Positions 54,199 through 64,000 of a DNA stretch of 64,000 nt are shown here, in pieces (the first letter of the stretch is position 1; the number at the start of each line of letters is the position of its first letter). This DNA comes from Desulfobulbaceae bacterium (GTDB lineage: Bacteria; Desulfobacterota; Desulfobulbia; Desulfobulbales; VMSU01), in NCBI GenBank assembly GCA_013792005.1, contig VMSU01000028.1, forward strand, positions 104 through 64,103. The letters are read 5' to 3'. Both the position numbers and the translations under genes were made by a program. The notes under the pieces are model-generated. The model was not told where the DNA came from and searched no databases. It saw only the letters and a program-made list of their open reading frames with translations.

Positions 54199-56406
54199 CT
54201 ACCAGCGATAGTTAAGATTGGCGTAGGCATTCCACATCGTATCAGGAACGGGCATCAAGGTGTCCAGTGCATTCAGGTCATCGATTTTCTTGGGGTTACC
54301 CATGGGGTTGCCGCTTAAATTGTAGTCGTATAGGTAATATTGACTGCCGATAGCGACCGTGAATTTCTTGCCAATAATGGGCTGGTGGTAGTACGTTTCA
54401 AATACATGACCACGGGTGGCAAGCTTGCTGGTGTTAAGGGTGTCTTCACCACCGTTAAAACCGAACCAGTATCTGGAACCGTAGTTCCATTCAAAGCCGA
54501 GAGCGCCTTCAGTCCTGGTGATTGGCACCTTGACTCCTGCCCAGACGGAGTAACCGGTCTTGTTGCTGTAATCGCCGTCGCCGCTCAACAGGCCGTCAGT
54601 ACCCATAAACTGCATCATCGGATTGATTGATATACCACTGGGGCGGGCATAGTTTCCAGCAAGATCGATGAAGAAATCAACGTCATTGACCTTAGTCTGG
54701 AAGAGGAAGGTGGCGAGGTCCATGGAGCCGATATTGGTCATGGCTTCCATCCGGCTGATATAACCACCACCGTTGCCACTGAGAGAATACGTTTCATATA
54801 ATCTGTCGCCATTGGCATCATGTCCGGTAATAGTAAACGGCATCGCCACCAAACCGGTAAAGCCATCAGAGATGTCAAAGGCATGGGCGTACATATGAAC
54901 TAATTGAGTATCACCTTTTTGATACAACCGCATGATGTAGCCAAGGAAGCTGGTGTCATCGACATCATTATCATAACTCATGGCATAGGAGTTGCCGGAC
55001 CCGACTCCGGATTCAAAGCCTGATCCGTAACAAAGCTTGAAGTTGAAACCATCTAAGCCGACCTGCTTACTCAAGTCAAAGCCTAGAGACGCCCCGTCAA
55101 ACTGCCAGTTGATGGCGTGGGCCATGGGCGAGCCACCGACTACGGCATTCTGGCTGACCTCCCATGGCGCTCCATCCAGAGCTGGTCTTCGCCCTAATGA
55201 AAAATGCCAGGGGGCGCTTGCTGTTTCATCCCGGTAAGTGACGAAACCACGTTCCAGGCGAATTGCCGAGTCGGATCCTTTCTGGTTGATATTGCCGTCC
55301 ATGGTGACGGAGGACATGTCACCGTTGTACCATTTGACTCCGGTGCTATCGCCCCAGACCTTGTTTGCGCTTAAACGACCGCCAAAGGAGAGATTCGGAG
55401 TGGGATTTCCTTGCATATCAAAACGAATTCGACTGGTCCAGATGGCATCGTTATCAATATCCTGCTTTTGTGGGTCAATCTGTGCAAACATTCCTTGGTA
55501 TCGCTGCAAGTCGGCGGCGGTGAACTGTGAGCCAAAGAGAGGTGAGCCGTTTCCTGAACTGCTCGGTGCAAGAGCTGCTTGGGCATTAGGTGCTGCCTGG
55601 GCCAGCACGGCAAGAAACTGATCAAAATTCATACCAAATGCCCCCATCATGGTTTGGGCATCTTGGGCTGAAACAAATGTTCCCGCGGGGAAATTCGGAC
55701 CACCCATACCTGTTAAGTCCATACCTGTGGGTAAATACAGTCCGCTTAGGAAACCGCCTGAGAACATCCCGCCCATTTGACTAAACAATGAATTATAATA
55801 TGGGGAGCTTTGTCCTGCGAATGATTGGTTGAAGGTGTAATCAGCAAAGCCGTCGCTGTTCAAATCGACACCATTGCCTACCGGGGTAAAGGTGGTTGGG
55901 ATATTGGTGCCTAGAAATCCGTTGATTCCTGCAATTACTCCCGCATCGGCGATACTTGGTGCGACAAGGTTTTGATTGAATGGCACGGCCAGTTTGTCAA
56001 AGGCCCATAAATTCAACATAGTTTGGTTCCATTCCTGCAACACTCGAGCATCCTTATAATTCATGGTGGTTACTTCCGAGCGCAGATCAACGCCGATGGT
56101 CACCTTATCCATGATGGTATGCCGTTCGTTGGCGCCAACGCGGGAGTCCAGATCATCAAGATCATCTGCAACCTTGGAGATTTTTTCTTCAACCTTGGCC
56201 GTGTCTGTGGTCTCCAACTTCTTTTCGGTGTCGGTCAGGCGGGCGTTGAGTTTTTCGACAATCTCCCGTAACTGCCTAACCTCGTCCACAAGTTCCTGGC
56301 GAGAAGGTTCAGGTGCTGCCAATGCAGACGATACGCCTTGTCCTGTTGTTGAGATCACGGTTGCAAGTGCTGCCGCCAGACCGAGTGCCAAATACCGTTT
56401 CTTCAT
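54199..56406 (-). CDS. Putative outer-membrane beta-barrel protein with N-terminal coiled coil (DUF3373-like)
   Basis: Signal peptide 'ALGLAAALATVISTTGQGVSSALA'. Coiled coil 'LVDEVRQLREIVEKLNARLTDTEKKLE'. Alternating beta-strand pattern. C-terminal 'NAYANLNYRW' aromatic terminus typical of OMPs. Confidence 0.55.
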   Translation of the reverse strand: MKKRYLALGLAAALATVISTTGQGVSSALAAPEPSRQELVDEVRQLREIVEKLNARLTDTEKKLETTDTAKVEEKISKVADDLDDLDSRVGANERHTIMDKVTIGVDLRSEVTTMNYKDARVLQEWNQTMLNLWAFDKLAVPFNQNLVAPSIADAGVIAGINGFLGTNIPTTFTPVGNGVDLNSDGFADYTFNQSFAGQSSPYYNSLFSQMGGMFSGGFLSGLYLPTGMDLTGMGGPNFPAGTFVSAQDAQTMMGAFGMNFDQFLAVLAQAAPNAQAALAPSSSGNGSPLFGSQFTAADLQRYQGMFAQIDPQKQDIDNDAIWTSRIRFDMQGNPTPNLSFGGRLSANKVWGDSTGVKWYNGDMSSVTMDGNINQKGSDSAIRLERGFVTYRDETASAPWHFSLGRRPALDGAPWEVSQNAVVGGSPMAHAINWQFDGASLGFDLSKQVGLDGFNFKLCYGSGFESGVGSGNSYAMSYDNDVDDTSFLGYIMRLYQKGDTQLVHMYAHAFDISDGFTGLVAMPFTITGHDANGDRLYETYSLSGNGGGYISRMEAMTNIGSMDLATFLFQTKVNDVDFFIDLAGNYARPSGISINPMMQFMGTDGLLSGDGDYSNKTGYSVWAGVKVPITRTEGALGFEWNYGSRYWFGFNGGEDTLNTSKLATRGHVFETYYHQPIIGKKFTVAIGSQYYLYDYNLSGNPMGNPKKIDDLNALDTLMPVPDTMWNAYANLNYRW

Positions 56407-56520
56407 TGTGCGTTTCTCCCTGTTGTTGAATACCTGTTTGCTATTTGTCGGTACCTACACGTTCAGGTCATGCTGCCTGCATCGTATAAGGGGTGATTAC
56501 TTTCGCTTCTATCGAGGGGG

Positions 56521-56856
56521 TTAATCGCAGGTTTGTGGTTTGTCTGAGTCCAACGCATGTTCTACGGCATATCGGTGAACATCTTCGAGAAACTCGGTGG
56601 TATAGCCCCAAGAGTCCCATTCAGGCATTTTTTTCTTAAGTTTTTCAAAGTCGTTATCAAAGTAGCGGCCCCATTGTTTTTTGGTTTTGCTGGAAGGGCT
56701 CATGCTGGTAGCTTTGCTGCCATCGTGGCATTTCCGGCAGACAGCAAACGATTCCTTTCCCTTGACGGCATCTCCGCCATCAGGATTAAAGGATAAAGCC
56801 AGGCTGGTTGGAAGCAGTAGCAATACTGTCATGACCGCAGTTCTGTACATCTTCAT
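56521..56856 (-). CDS. Small periplasmic monohaem cytochrome c
   Basis: Signal peptide 'MKMYRTAVMTVLLLLPTSLALS'. Single 'CRKCH'. Confidence 0.7.
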   Translation of the reverse strand: MKMYRTAVMTVLLLLPTSLALSFNPDGGDAVKGKESFAVCRKCHDGSKATSMSPSSKTKKQWGRYFDNDFEKLKKKMPEWDSWGYTTEFLEDVHRYAVEHALDSDKPQTCD

Positions 56857-56909
56857 GATTTTTCTCCAATTGTATAGTGTTTGTGTTGCCAGGGCTTCTG
56901 TGTCTCGCC

Positions 56910-58766
56910 CTATAATTTCAATAATAGGTGGTCAAGCTCTTCCGCTTCTGCAGACAGGGTTTCTGCCTGGTGTTGAAGAGCCACAGCGTGATCCTTGGTG
57001 TCTCTTGCTGCCATAGAAACGTCTTGAATGTGAGACGACATCTCTTCAGCAAGAGAGGATACTCCACTGATGCGGTTGCTGATCTCAGAAACCACTGCCG
57101 ACTCCTCTTCGACGGAAGCGGCAATGGATGACGAATTTTCGCTGATTTTGTGAATGATCGAGCTGATATTCTTCATAACTTCAGAAGTATGTTTGGATTC
57201 TTCCTGAATAGTAGTGATCTTGTTATTGATCTCCTCTGCCGCGTTATTTGCCGATTGCGCCAGGGTTTTAACCTCATTGGCGACAATTGCAAAACCGGCC
57301 CCGGCTTCACCCGCCCGTGCAGCCTCCACATTGGCGTTCAATGCCAACAGTTTCGTTTGAAAGGCGATGCTGGATATCAACTTGCTGACTCCGCTGATGC
57401 TGTCGGCGTGATTTTTAAGGGTATCTACTACAGCAGCAGCACGTATCGATTCGTCGGTGGCCTCCTTGGCGATGCCGGCAGAGTTGACCGAGTTACTGGA
57501 AATTTCGAAAATTGCTGCATTGATCTCCTCGCTTGAGGCGGCGAGGGATGAGATATTCTCGGTTGTTTCGACAATATTATGGTTGGTACTCTCAACGAGC
57601 TGTTCGGTTCTATCCACATTGGTCAGCAGTTGCTGGGACATGGCTAAGAACAGTTGGGCACTCTCATGAAGGCGGTGCACCATCTGATTTAAGGTTTTGT
57701 TGAAGCCATGCATCATGGATCCGATGTAAATGGTGATTAAGACAGAAAGCCCCAGGCCAAGACCGGCAAAGACAAACACCCGTTTCTTGCTGGCTGTTGA
57801 TACGGATTTCATTTCGGACAAAGAGGACTGGAGGAGGGTGCTGTTGAGATATTTTTGAAGAGCGTTAGCTGCAACCTCTGCCCTATCGTAAATCTCGTTT
57901 AATTTGACTATTTGATCATTGAAGAGGTCCTGTTGAAGCCGGTATTTTTCTTCAACAAGTTTACCCAGGCCACCGAAAAAAAGTCCCAGGGTCTTTAAGT
58001 CCTTTTCTGCACTAATGAAGATTTGATTGGCTCCGTCAAGATCACCGGCGGCAATTTTTTCATCGATCTGGTGGGCATATTTGTGCAGTTTGTCGTGCAG
58101 GGGGTGAATTTCTTCAAAGACCTCTGTGATATCCTCATCCTCAAACTTAGTTTGCGAGTACCACTGATAGAATCCGCACCCCTCAGTGTCCAGACCACCT
58201 GATAATCGTTTGTTCTTGTCGATGGAATCCTTGATCGCCCGGATGAAACGGACATGGCCAAGTTCCCGTTCGTTAATGATGTCAGGAAGTGGCCGATTTC
58301 TTTCCTGATAATCAGCAGTATAGGAAAGCATTTTTTTGCGGATGGGGATAAATGAATCGATAGAGTCATAGAACTCGGTGCTGATAGCGATGAAGTCCTT
58401 GGCTAATTTAAGTTCCTGTGCCCCGGAGGCTACTTGTTCAAGTTGTTTGCCAATATCAAGGAACCGTTGCCGGAGGGTAGTCGCGTTAGCTCCTAATTCG
58501 TCAATGCCTGAGGTGGAAAGCTCAATGTCTTTAGGGATCTGACCGGCCTTGGCCAAATTAATTTTACATTCGTCCGCCAATTTGACTGCCGTATTGATTT
58601 CCAGCATCTTATTAACAGATTGAGTATTGCTTTCCAGTGTTGTGTGGGACAACCGTCCGAGAACGATAAACAGACAGCAAATTATGAGAAAAGAGAAAAA
58701 CAGTTTGTTCCGCAGGTTGAAACGGACATGTTTCAGGATACGGAAAAAGGATGGGGAAGAAAGCAT
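56910..58766 (-). CDS. Methyl-accepting chemotaxis protein with about 300-aa periplasmic sensor domain carrying a CZB-like His/Cys motif
   Basis: Signalling hairpin '[30 protein letters not shown]'. Two TM segments. Sensor 'HVRF..x22..CGFYQW..x21..HDKLH'. Confidence 0.9.
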   Translation of the reverse strand: MLSSPSFFRILKHVRFNLRNKLFFSFLIICCLFIVLGRLSHTTLESNTQSVNKMLEINTAVKLADECKINLAKAGQIPKDIELSTSGIDELGANATTLRQRFLDIGKQLEQVASGAQELKLAKDFIAISTEFYDSIDSFIPIRKKMLSYTADYQERNRPLPDIINERELGHVRFIRAIKDSIDKNKRLSGGLDTEGCGFYQWYSQTKFEDEDITEVFEEIHPLHDKLHKYAHQIDEKIAAGDLDGANQIFISAEKDLKTLGLFFGGLGKLVEEKYRLQQDLFNDQIVKLNEIYDRAEVAANALQKYLNSTLLQSSLSEMKSVSTASKKRVFVFAGLGLGLSVLITIYIGSMMHGFNKTLNQMVHRLHESAQLFLAMSQQLLTNVDRTEQLVESTNHNIVETTENISSLAASSEEINAAIFEISSNSVNSAGIAKEATDESIRAAAVVDTLKNHADSISGVSKLISSIAFQTKLLALNANVEAARAGEAGAGFAIVANEVKTLAQSANNAAEEINNKITTIQEESKHTSEVMKNISSIIHKISENSSSIAASVEEESAVVSEISNRISGVSSLAEEMSSHIQDVSMAARDTKDHAVALQHQAETLSAEAEELDHLLLKL

Positions 58767-59037
58767 GAAGTCACCCGATTGGTGGATTGTGGTGATAATG
58801 ATATAGTGTTCTTATGTTGATTCTCTCAATGGGAGGCACTGTGTGAATAGTTGAAAAGTGCCTGTAAATCGGAATTTACTTATATTTTATAGTAGTGAAC
58901 ATTGTTTATATTATCAGCCTACAGATAAAATCTTTCTTTAGTCAATTTTTATTTAAAAAAAACACACTAATTGCGAATTATTTTGTTTGATTTTAGGTAG
59001 ATCCACCCATGTGAAGTGTTGAAAAGTGATGATCTTT

Positions 59038-59412
59038 TTAGCGGCGTTGACGCCACCACCAGAGTCCGACAATGATTGCCGCACCCAAAAAATCGGCGAC
59101 AACGTCTTCAACGCAGGCCATTCTCAACGGTACAAAGGATTGGTGGAATTCATCGCTGATCCCGTAGAGGGTGGCGAAGAGAATGATTTCCAGGGCAGTT
59201 TTGGTCTTGGCGTGGTCGGGGACCGGGTGGAAGGCGAAGAGGCAGGTGGCGGCAAGTATGCCATATTCAAGCATATGCCAGGCCTTGTCAAAATTTAAAA
59301 ACGTTGGCAAGGCCAGCTGGTCGCCTGGTTGGGAAGAGACGAAGAAGATAGCGGTCATCATTCCAAACGCCGGGAGAAAACGGGCTGGTTTGATGACCGC
59401 CTTATGTCGCAT
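59038..59412 (-). CDS. VanZ-family membrane protein
   Basis: 'DKAWHMLEYGILA' and 'SDEFHQSFVPLRMACVEDVVADFLGA', typical VanZ-like motifs. Four helices. Confidence 0.7.
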   Translation of the reverse strand: MRHKAVIKPARFLPAFGMMTAIFFVSSQPGDQLALPTFLNFDKAWHMLEYGILAATCLFAFHPVPDHAKTKTALEIILFATLYGISDEFHQSFVPLRMACVEDVVADFLGAAIIVGLWWWRQRR

Positions 59413-59426
59413 CAGTCAATAATAGC

Positions 59427-59930
59427 TTATTTGGTTGGATCGACGTGGATCTGGTCGAGAAGTTCGCTGGAAAAACGGCTCTGTAGTTTTTTGATAGTGG
59501 CGCTGATTGAGGCGCTGGGGTAATTGGAGTAGGTTTCTACAGTCTTGTCAGCGTAAGCGGTGGTGGTGAACACCCTGCTTTTGACCAGGAATTGATGAGA
59601 CCAGTTTACCTCGATAGTTTCGGGAGACTCATTGATCTCCACTTCAATGGTTTCTCCTGCCCTTGCCACTATTACTGCATCCATATCGGTAAGTTCAAGC
59701 AGCCAAGCATCCCCCTCTTTGGTTGAGAAGAAGATAAAGACGCCGATAACCTTGAACGTTTCTTCATGATTGGCGGCAGCCTGTTGGAGCTTTGCCACTT
59801 CATCTTTTATGGATATCTTCTGAGGCTGCAGTGGCGCGCCCTTGTTGGCCAGGTGTTTCTGGAGGCAGCATTTTTTATATTTAAGCCCGCTACCACAGGG
59901 GCATTGTTCGTTTCTGCCAATTTTCACCAT
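59427..59930 (-). CDS. SEC-C motif protein of unknown function
   Basis: N-terminal 'GRNEQCPCGSGLKYKKCC' metal-binding SEC-C motif. ATG 59930 with GGAGA 8 nt upstream. Confidence 0.65.
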   Translation of the reverse strand: MVKIGRNEQCPCGSGLKYKKCCLQKHLANKGAPLQPQKISIKDEVAKLQQAAANHEETFKVIGVFIFFSTKEGDAWLLELTDMDAVIVARAGETIEVEINESPETIEVNWSHQFLVKSRVFTTTAYADKTVETYSNYPSASISATIKKLQSRFSSELLDQIHVDPTK

Positions 59931-60173
59931 GAGTTTTCTCCACATGTGATGTGTTCGCACAATCTCTGGAACTGAAAGAACCTTGACTGTGGCCGTTCTT
60001 TTCAGGACGGTAATCGATGATTGTAGCCATCATTCAACAAAGAGGTCATACCATAATAAGGACAACCAGGTGGTGTGACCGATTTTGCCCTGTCTCAGAG
60101 CACTGGCAAATATAGTCGAGACGGGATAAATTGCAAGGTCTGTCATCCTGGATCAGAAAAAATTCGTATATAC

Positions 60174-61235
60174 TTACAATTGATCTCTATTTGCTTGTGA
60201 AGCCAGCTGACCGCAGGCGGCCGAGATCTCTCCACCTCGGCTGTTGCGGATCAAAGTTGTAAAGCCGGCCTCTTTCAGGATACTTTGAAAAGTTTTGATA
60301 ACTGTTGAATCCGGACATTGAAAAGACATGAACTCTGATTCGTTGAATGGCATCAGATTGATGCGGCAGGGAATACCGTGGAGGATTTCGGCAAGGAGGC
60401 AAGCATCTTCCTCTGAATCGTTTATCTCCCGGAAGAGGATGTATTCTATTAAGATGACTTTACCAGGGGCGAGGGGATATTCTCGGCAGGCTTTGAGCAG
60501 TGAGGCGATAGGGTAGGTTCGGTTTACCGGCATCAGCTGGTTACGGGTTTTGTCGTCGGCAGCATGCAGGGAGATCGCGAGGTTGACTTTAACCGCCTCT
60601 CCTAACTCTCTGATCCGGGGGACCAATCCGCAGGTGGAGACTGTAATCCTCCGCTCGGTGAATTCGAGACCCAGCGGATCCATCAGGATCGCAAGTGTTG
60701 TCAGGAGATGTTCAAAATTAGCTAGCGGCTCACCCATACCCATGAAGACGAGATTGTTGATCAACTCCCGTGGCGTGGATCGTACCACTCCATTGCTAAC
60801 CATGAACTCCATGACCGCCATAACTTGGCCGACGATCTCGGATGGTCGTAGATTGCGAATTAGCCCCATTCTGCCAGTGAGGCAGAAGGCACAACCCATG
60901 GCGCACCCGGCTTGGGACGAAACGCAGAGGGTATGCCGTCGGGGGCCTGGGATCAGGACACTCTCGATCTCAACGCCGTCATGAAGCCGAAAGCTGAATT
61001 TTACGGTACCATCTTTAGCTGTTTCAGTCTTCGATGGAGTAATGACGTTGATGCTGGCATTTTTCTCAATAACTTGACGGAGTTCCTTTTTAACGATTCC
61101 CATGCTGGAGATATCTGTATTGCCGGGATGGAAAAGCCAGCGAAAGATGTGAGGCGCCCGGTTCCCTGGCAGGCCGAGTGTTTCAAGAAAATCAGCTAGT
61201 TGAGCTGATGTGAGGTTTCGCAAATCAAGACTCAT
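60174..61235 (-). CDS. rlmN: Radical SAM 23S rRNA/tRNA adenine-C2 methyltransferase RlmN
   Basis: 'SSQAGCAMGCAFCLTG' (CxxxCxxC), 'GMGEPLAN', C-terminal 'EISAACGQL'. Confidence 0.9.
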   Translation of the reverse strand: MSLDLRNLTSAQLADFLETLGLPGNRAPHIFRWLFHPGNTDISSMGIVKKELRQVIEKNASINVITPSKTETAKDGTVKFSFRLHDGVEIESVLIPGPRRHTLCVSSQAGCAMGCAFCLTGRMGLIRNLRPSEIVGQVMAVMEFMVSNGVVRSTPRELINNLVFMGMGEPLANFEHLLTTLAILMDPLGLEFTERRITVSTCGLVPRIRELGEAVKVNLAISLHAADDKTRNQLMPVNRTYPIASLLKACREYPLAPGKVILIEYILFREINDSEEDACLLAEILHGIPCRINLMPFNESEFMSFQCPDSTVIKTFQSILKEAGFTTLIRNSRGGEISAACGQLASQANRDQL

Positions 61236-61461
61236 GATCTCTGCCCGTCGGTGTGTGGCCACCAATTAGATGGTTTAATGGCAGGGGGAAGAATGGAAAA
61301 GGATCTCTCGAACTGACATCTCTTTCGGGTAGATTTTCTTTGCCTAATTGAACAAAGGGTTGTAGAAATGACACGTATTTTCGGCTCTCAGTAATGAATC
61401 CAAGTAAACGATCTCAACTAATCTGAACTTTCCAACCACTCTGTAATATCCAGGTGATATC

Positions 61462-64000
61462 ATGTCTAAAACTGTTCTGCAACTGTATCGTCTTGTCAAC
61501 GAGCAGATGGAGTATTGCTTTAATATTGAATGTTCCTCCTCTCTGACAGGCGAAGAATTGCGTCAGACCCGGCTGCTTTTAGCCGATGGCTTTATCGAAT
61601 CGACGATCACTGCTCAGTCACATCTCTCAGGAATCAGGGTGATTGAAGTCGGTCCGAGACTGAACTTTGCCACCGCCTGGTCATCAAACATGGTCTCCAT
61701 TTGCCAGGCAACCGGTCTGCAATCCATCACCCGTGTTGAGCGATCACGCCGGTATGTAGTGGCTGACGGAGAAGACATTGAAACCTTTGTCCAGGCCAAC
61801 CACGACCGGATGACAGAGTGTCTTTACCCAGAACCACTCGCTAGTTTTGAGACCGGCGTGGTGCCGGAACCGGTGTATGAGGTTCCTCTTAAGGAACAAG
61901 GTCCCGATGCCCTGCTCGCTATCCCGGGGATCTCCATGGACGAGTGGGATCGTAATTTTTATTACGAGTACTTTGTCACCAAACATCAGCGCAATCCGTC
62001 CATTGTCGAGATTATGGACCTGAACAATGCCAATAGCGAGCACTCGCGTCATGGATTCTTCCGTGGAGATCAGGTTATCGACGGTGTAGCACAGTCTGAG
62101 AACTTGATGGATATTGTCAAGTCAACCTTGCTTGCCAATCCGGACAACAGCGTTATTGCCTTTAAGGATAACTCGAGCGCCATTGTCGGCCGGATATGTC
62201 AAGTTATGGCCCCGGTCACTCCTGGCGAACCTTCGCCGCTCACTGTCCGTCAAGTGACCAACCATATTCTCTTTACCGCAGAGACCCATAATTTCCCCAC
62301 CGGCGTTGCCCCGTTTCCCGGCGCTGAGACCGGCACCGGCGGCAGAATCCGTGACGTTCAGGGAACCGGTCGTGGTGGTTACATCGGCGCCGGCACAGCG
62401 GCCTATTGTGTGGCCAATCTCCATATCCCTGGTTACGACATGACTTGGGAAGAACGCTACCCCTGTCCGGGTAATTTGGCTTCCGCACTCGATATCGAAA
62501 TCGAGGCCAGTAACGGTGCCTCTGATTATGGCAACAAATTCGGAGAACCGCTGATTCAAGGATTTACCCGCTCATTCGATCTCAGGCTTGACAACGGCGA
62601 ACGATGGGGGTTTTTAAAACCGATCATGTTCACTGGCGGTATCGGTCAGATAGATCAGCGCCACATTGAAAAGAAAGAAGCCAAGATCGGGATGCACATT
62701 ATTCAGGTCGGTGGTCCTGCGTATCGGGTTGGTTTTGGTGGCGGCGCAGCCTCCAGCATGCTCCAGGGCGATAACGTGGCAGATCTCGATTTCAATGCTG
62801 TACAACGTGGCGATGCCGAGATGGAGCAGAAGATGAACCGAGTCATCAGGGCCTGTAACGAGATGGGTGACTCGACCTTGATCGATGTCATTCACGATCA
62901 AGGCGCCGGTGGTCCGGGCAATGTCTTAAAGGAGTTGGTTGAAAAATCAGGCGGCAGGATCGGAATCCGCAAGATCAAGGCTGGCGACCCCACCATGTCG
63001 GTGCTCGAACTCTATGTGGCCGAGTACCAGGAACGCAACGGGTTCCTGATCAGTCCGGAGAATCTCACCGCATTTCTGGCTATTTGCGAGCGGGAAAAGG
63101 TCAACTGCGAGGTCTTAGGTGAAGTGACCGGAGATTTGCGCTTTGTGGTCTATGACGAAGCCGATGGCACAACGCCGGTCGATCTGGAGTTGCATGAGGT
63201 CTTGGGCAATATCCCCACCAAGACCTTTACTGACACGCGAAGTGTTGCTTCGTTAGCTCAGGTCGTTCTGCCTGAGGGGTTAACGGTCCGGGCAGCGCTT
63301 AGCAATGTCCTGCGTCTGCTGGCAGTAGGCTCCAAACGTTTTTTAACCAACAAGGTGGACCGCTCGGTGACTGGACTCATAGCCCAGCAGCAATGTTGTG
63401 GTCCCTTGCAGGCGACAGTCAGTGATGTGGCAGTTATAGCACAAAGTTATCAGGGACTTACAGGAGGCGCTTGCGCTATCGGGGAGCAACCAATCAAGAT
63501 GATTGCCGATCCGGCTGCCGGGGCTCGGATGGCGGTGGGGGAAGCGGTGACCAATCTACTCTGGGCCAAGATTGACGGGCTGAATCAGGTCAAGTGTTCC
63601 GGGAATTGGATGTGGGCGCCTAAACTCTCTGGTGAGGGAGCGGCGTTGTATGACGCAGCGTGTGCCATGCGTGATTGCATGATCTCACTTGGAGTGGCAG
63701 TGGATGGTGGCAAGGACAGCCTGTCCATGGCTACCAGGGTTGGTGAGGAAACGGTGAAATCACCGCGCGAACTGGTTATCTCTGTCTATGCGGCTATGGA
63801 TGATATTACCAAGGTAGCAACGCCTGACCTGAAGCGTCCTGGTCGTTCAGTGTTGTTTTTTATTGATCTTGGCGGCGGAAAAAATCGTTTGGGTGGCTCG
63901 GCCCTGGCCCAGACCATAAAACAGGTTGGCGCCTCTCCGGCAGACCTTGACGATCCGGCTCTCTTGAGCAGGGCCTTTGTCGTCATCCAGAACCTGCTGG
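61462..64000 (+). CDS. purL: Phosphoribosylformylglycinamidine synthase, large single-chain PurL (3' end beyond window)
   Basis: Not in the ORF track because it runs off the window. Hand translation from ATG 61462 gives 'FTAETHNFPTGVAPFPGAETGTGGRIRD', 'NGASDYGNKFGEP', 'QRGDAEMEQK', 'HDQGAGGPGNVLKE'. Confidence 0.9.
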   Translation, partial: MSKTVLQLYRLVNEQMEYCFNIECSSSLTGEELRQTRLLLADGFIESTITAQSHLSGIRVIEVGPRLNFATAWSSNMVSICQATGLQSITRVERSRRYVVADGEDIETFVQANHDRMTECLYPEPLASFETGVVPEPVYEVPLKEQGPDALLAIPGISMDEWDRNFYYEYFVTKHQRNPSIVEIMDLNNANSEHSRHGFFRGDQVIDGVAQSENLMDIVKSTLLANPDNSVIAFKDNSSAIVGRICQVMAPVTPGEPSPLTVRQVTNHILFTAETHNFPTGVAPFPGAETGTGGRIRDVQGTGRGGYIGAGTAAYCVANLHIPGYDMTWEERYPCPGNLASALDIEIEASNGASDYGNKFGEPLIQGFTRSFDLRLDNGERWGFLKPIMFTGGIGQIDQRHIEKKEAKIGMHIIQVGGPAYRVGFGGGAASSMLQGDNVADLDFNAVQRGDAEMEQKMNRVIRACNEMGDSTLIDVIHDQGAGGPGNVLKELVEKSGGRIGIRKIKAGDPTMSVLELYVAEYQERNGFLISPENLTAFLAICEREKVNCEVLGEVTGDLRFVVYDEADGTTPVDLELHEVLGNIPTKTFTDTRSVASLAQVVLPEGLTVRAALSNVLRLLAVGSKRFLTNKVDRSVTGLIAQQQCCGPLQATVSDVAVIAQSYQGLTGGACAIGEQPIKMIADPAAGARMAVGEAVTNLLWAKIDGLNQVKCSGNWMWAPKLSGEGAALYDAACAMRDCMISLGVAVDGGKDSLSMATRVGEETVKSPRELVISVYAAMDDITKVATPDLKRPGRSVLFFIDLGGGKNRLGGSALAQTIKQVGASPADLDDPALLSRAFVVIQNLL

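Noticed and set aside
58860-59000. AT-rich stretch checked for CRISPR-like or tandem repeats
   Set aside because: There is no regularly spaced direct repeat, only the two 11-mers reported separately. No CRISPR array was seen anywhere in the window.

Overview
64-kb chromosomal window with about 50 protein genes and one tRNA (Ser-CGA). I found no rRNA, CRISPR array, transposase or integrase. The gene content is dissimilatory-type sulfite reductase subunits, several multihaem c-type cytochromes, a flavodiiron protein, rubredoxin, RIC, NifU/NifS, ThyX, formate-THF ligase and many PAS histidine kinases. This suggests an anaerobic sulfur-cycling Desulfobacterota-like (Desulfobulbales-type) organism, but the taxonomy is inference only. 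Layout: (i) 0.4-8.6 kb holds an orphan PhnD-like binding protein plus hybrid kinase, a DUF2868/DUF3482 membrane-GTPase pair and a secreted six-repeat protein. (ii) 9-22 kb is housekeeping and redox genes: FAD oxidoreductase, recQ, rppH, a cupin/hemerythrin-DUF438/ferredoxin operon, tRNA-Ser, sbcDC, DsbB/DsbA-like/TlpA-like, ArsR+DUF2892. (iii) 22.8-41.1 kb is an 18-kb all-minus-strand block. It contains the most unusual feature, an fprA / HAO-family decahaem / divergent dsrA-dsrB / DsrL-like operon. The same block carries a decayed kinase gene, a six-gene two-component/c-di-GMP signalling array (including a 1251-aa kinase with a CxxCH motif in its periplasmic sensor domain), RIC and an unlisted rubredoxin. 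(iv) 42.6-51.6 kb holds an AT-rich NlpC/P60 gene, nifU-nifS-thyX-fhs and an ABC-F ATPase. (v) 51.7-58.8 kb is a minus-strand cluster: chemoreceptor, monohaem cytochrome, large DUF3373-like outer-membrane protein, and an 11-haem cytochrome fused to tandem rhodanese domains. (vi) The window ends with VanZ, a SEC-C protein, rlmN and partial purL. A family of roughly 170-220-bp MITE-like repeats with about 22-nt terminal inverted repeats occurs at least seven times, mostly just upstream of redox-stress operons. All domain and family names come from reading motifs by eye and from memory of the families. No database search was run.
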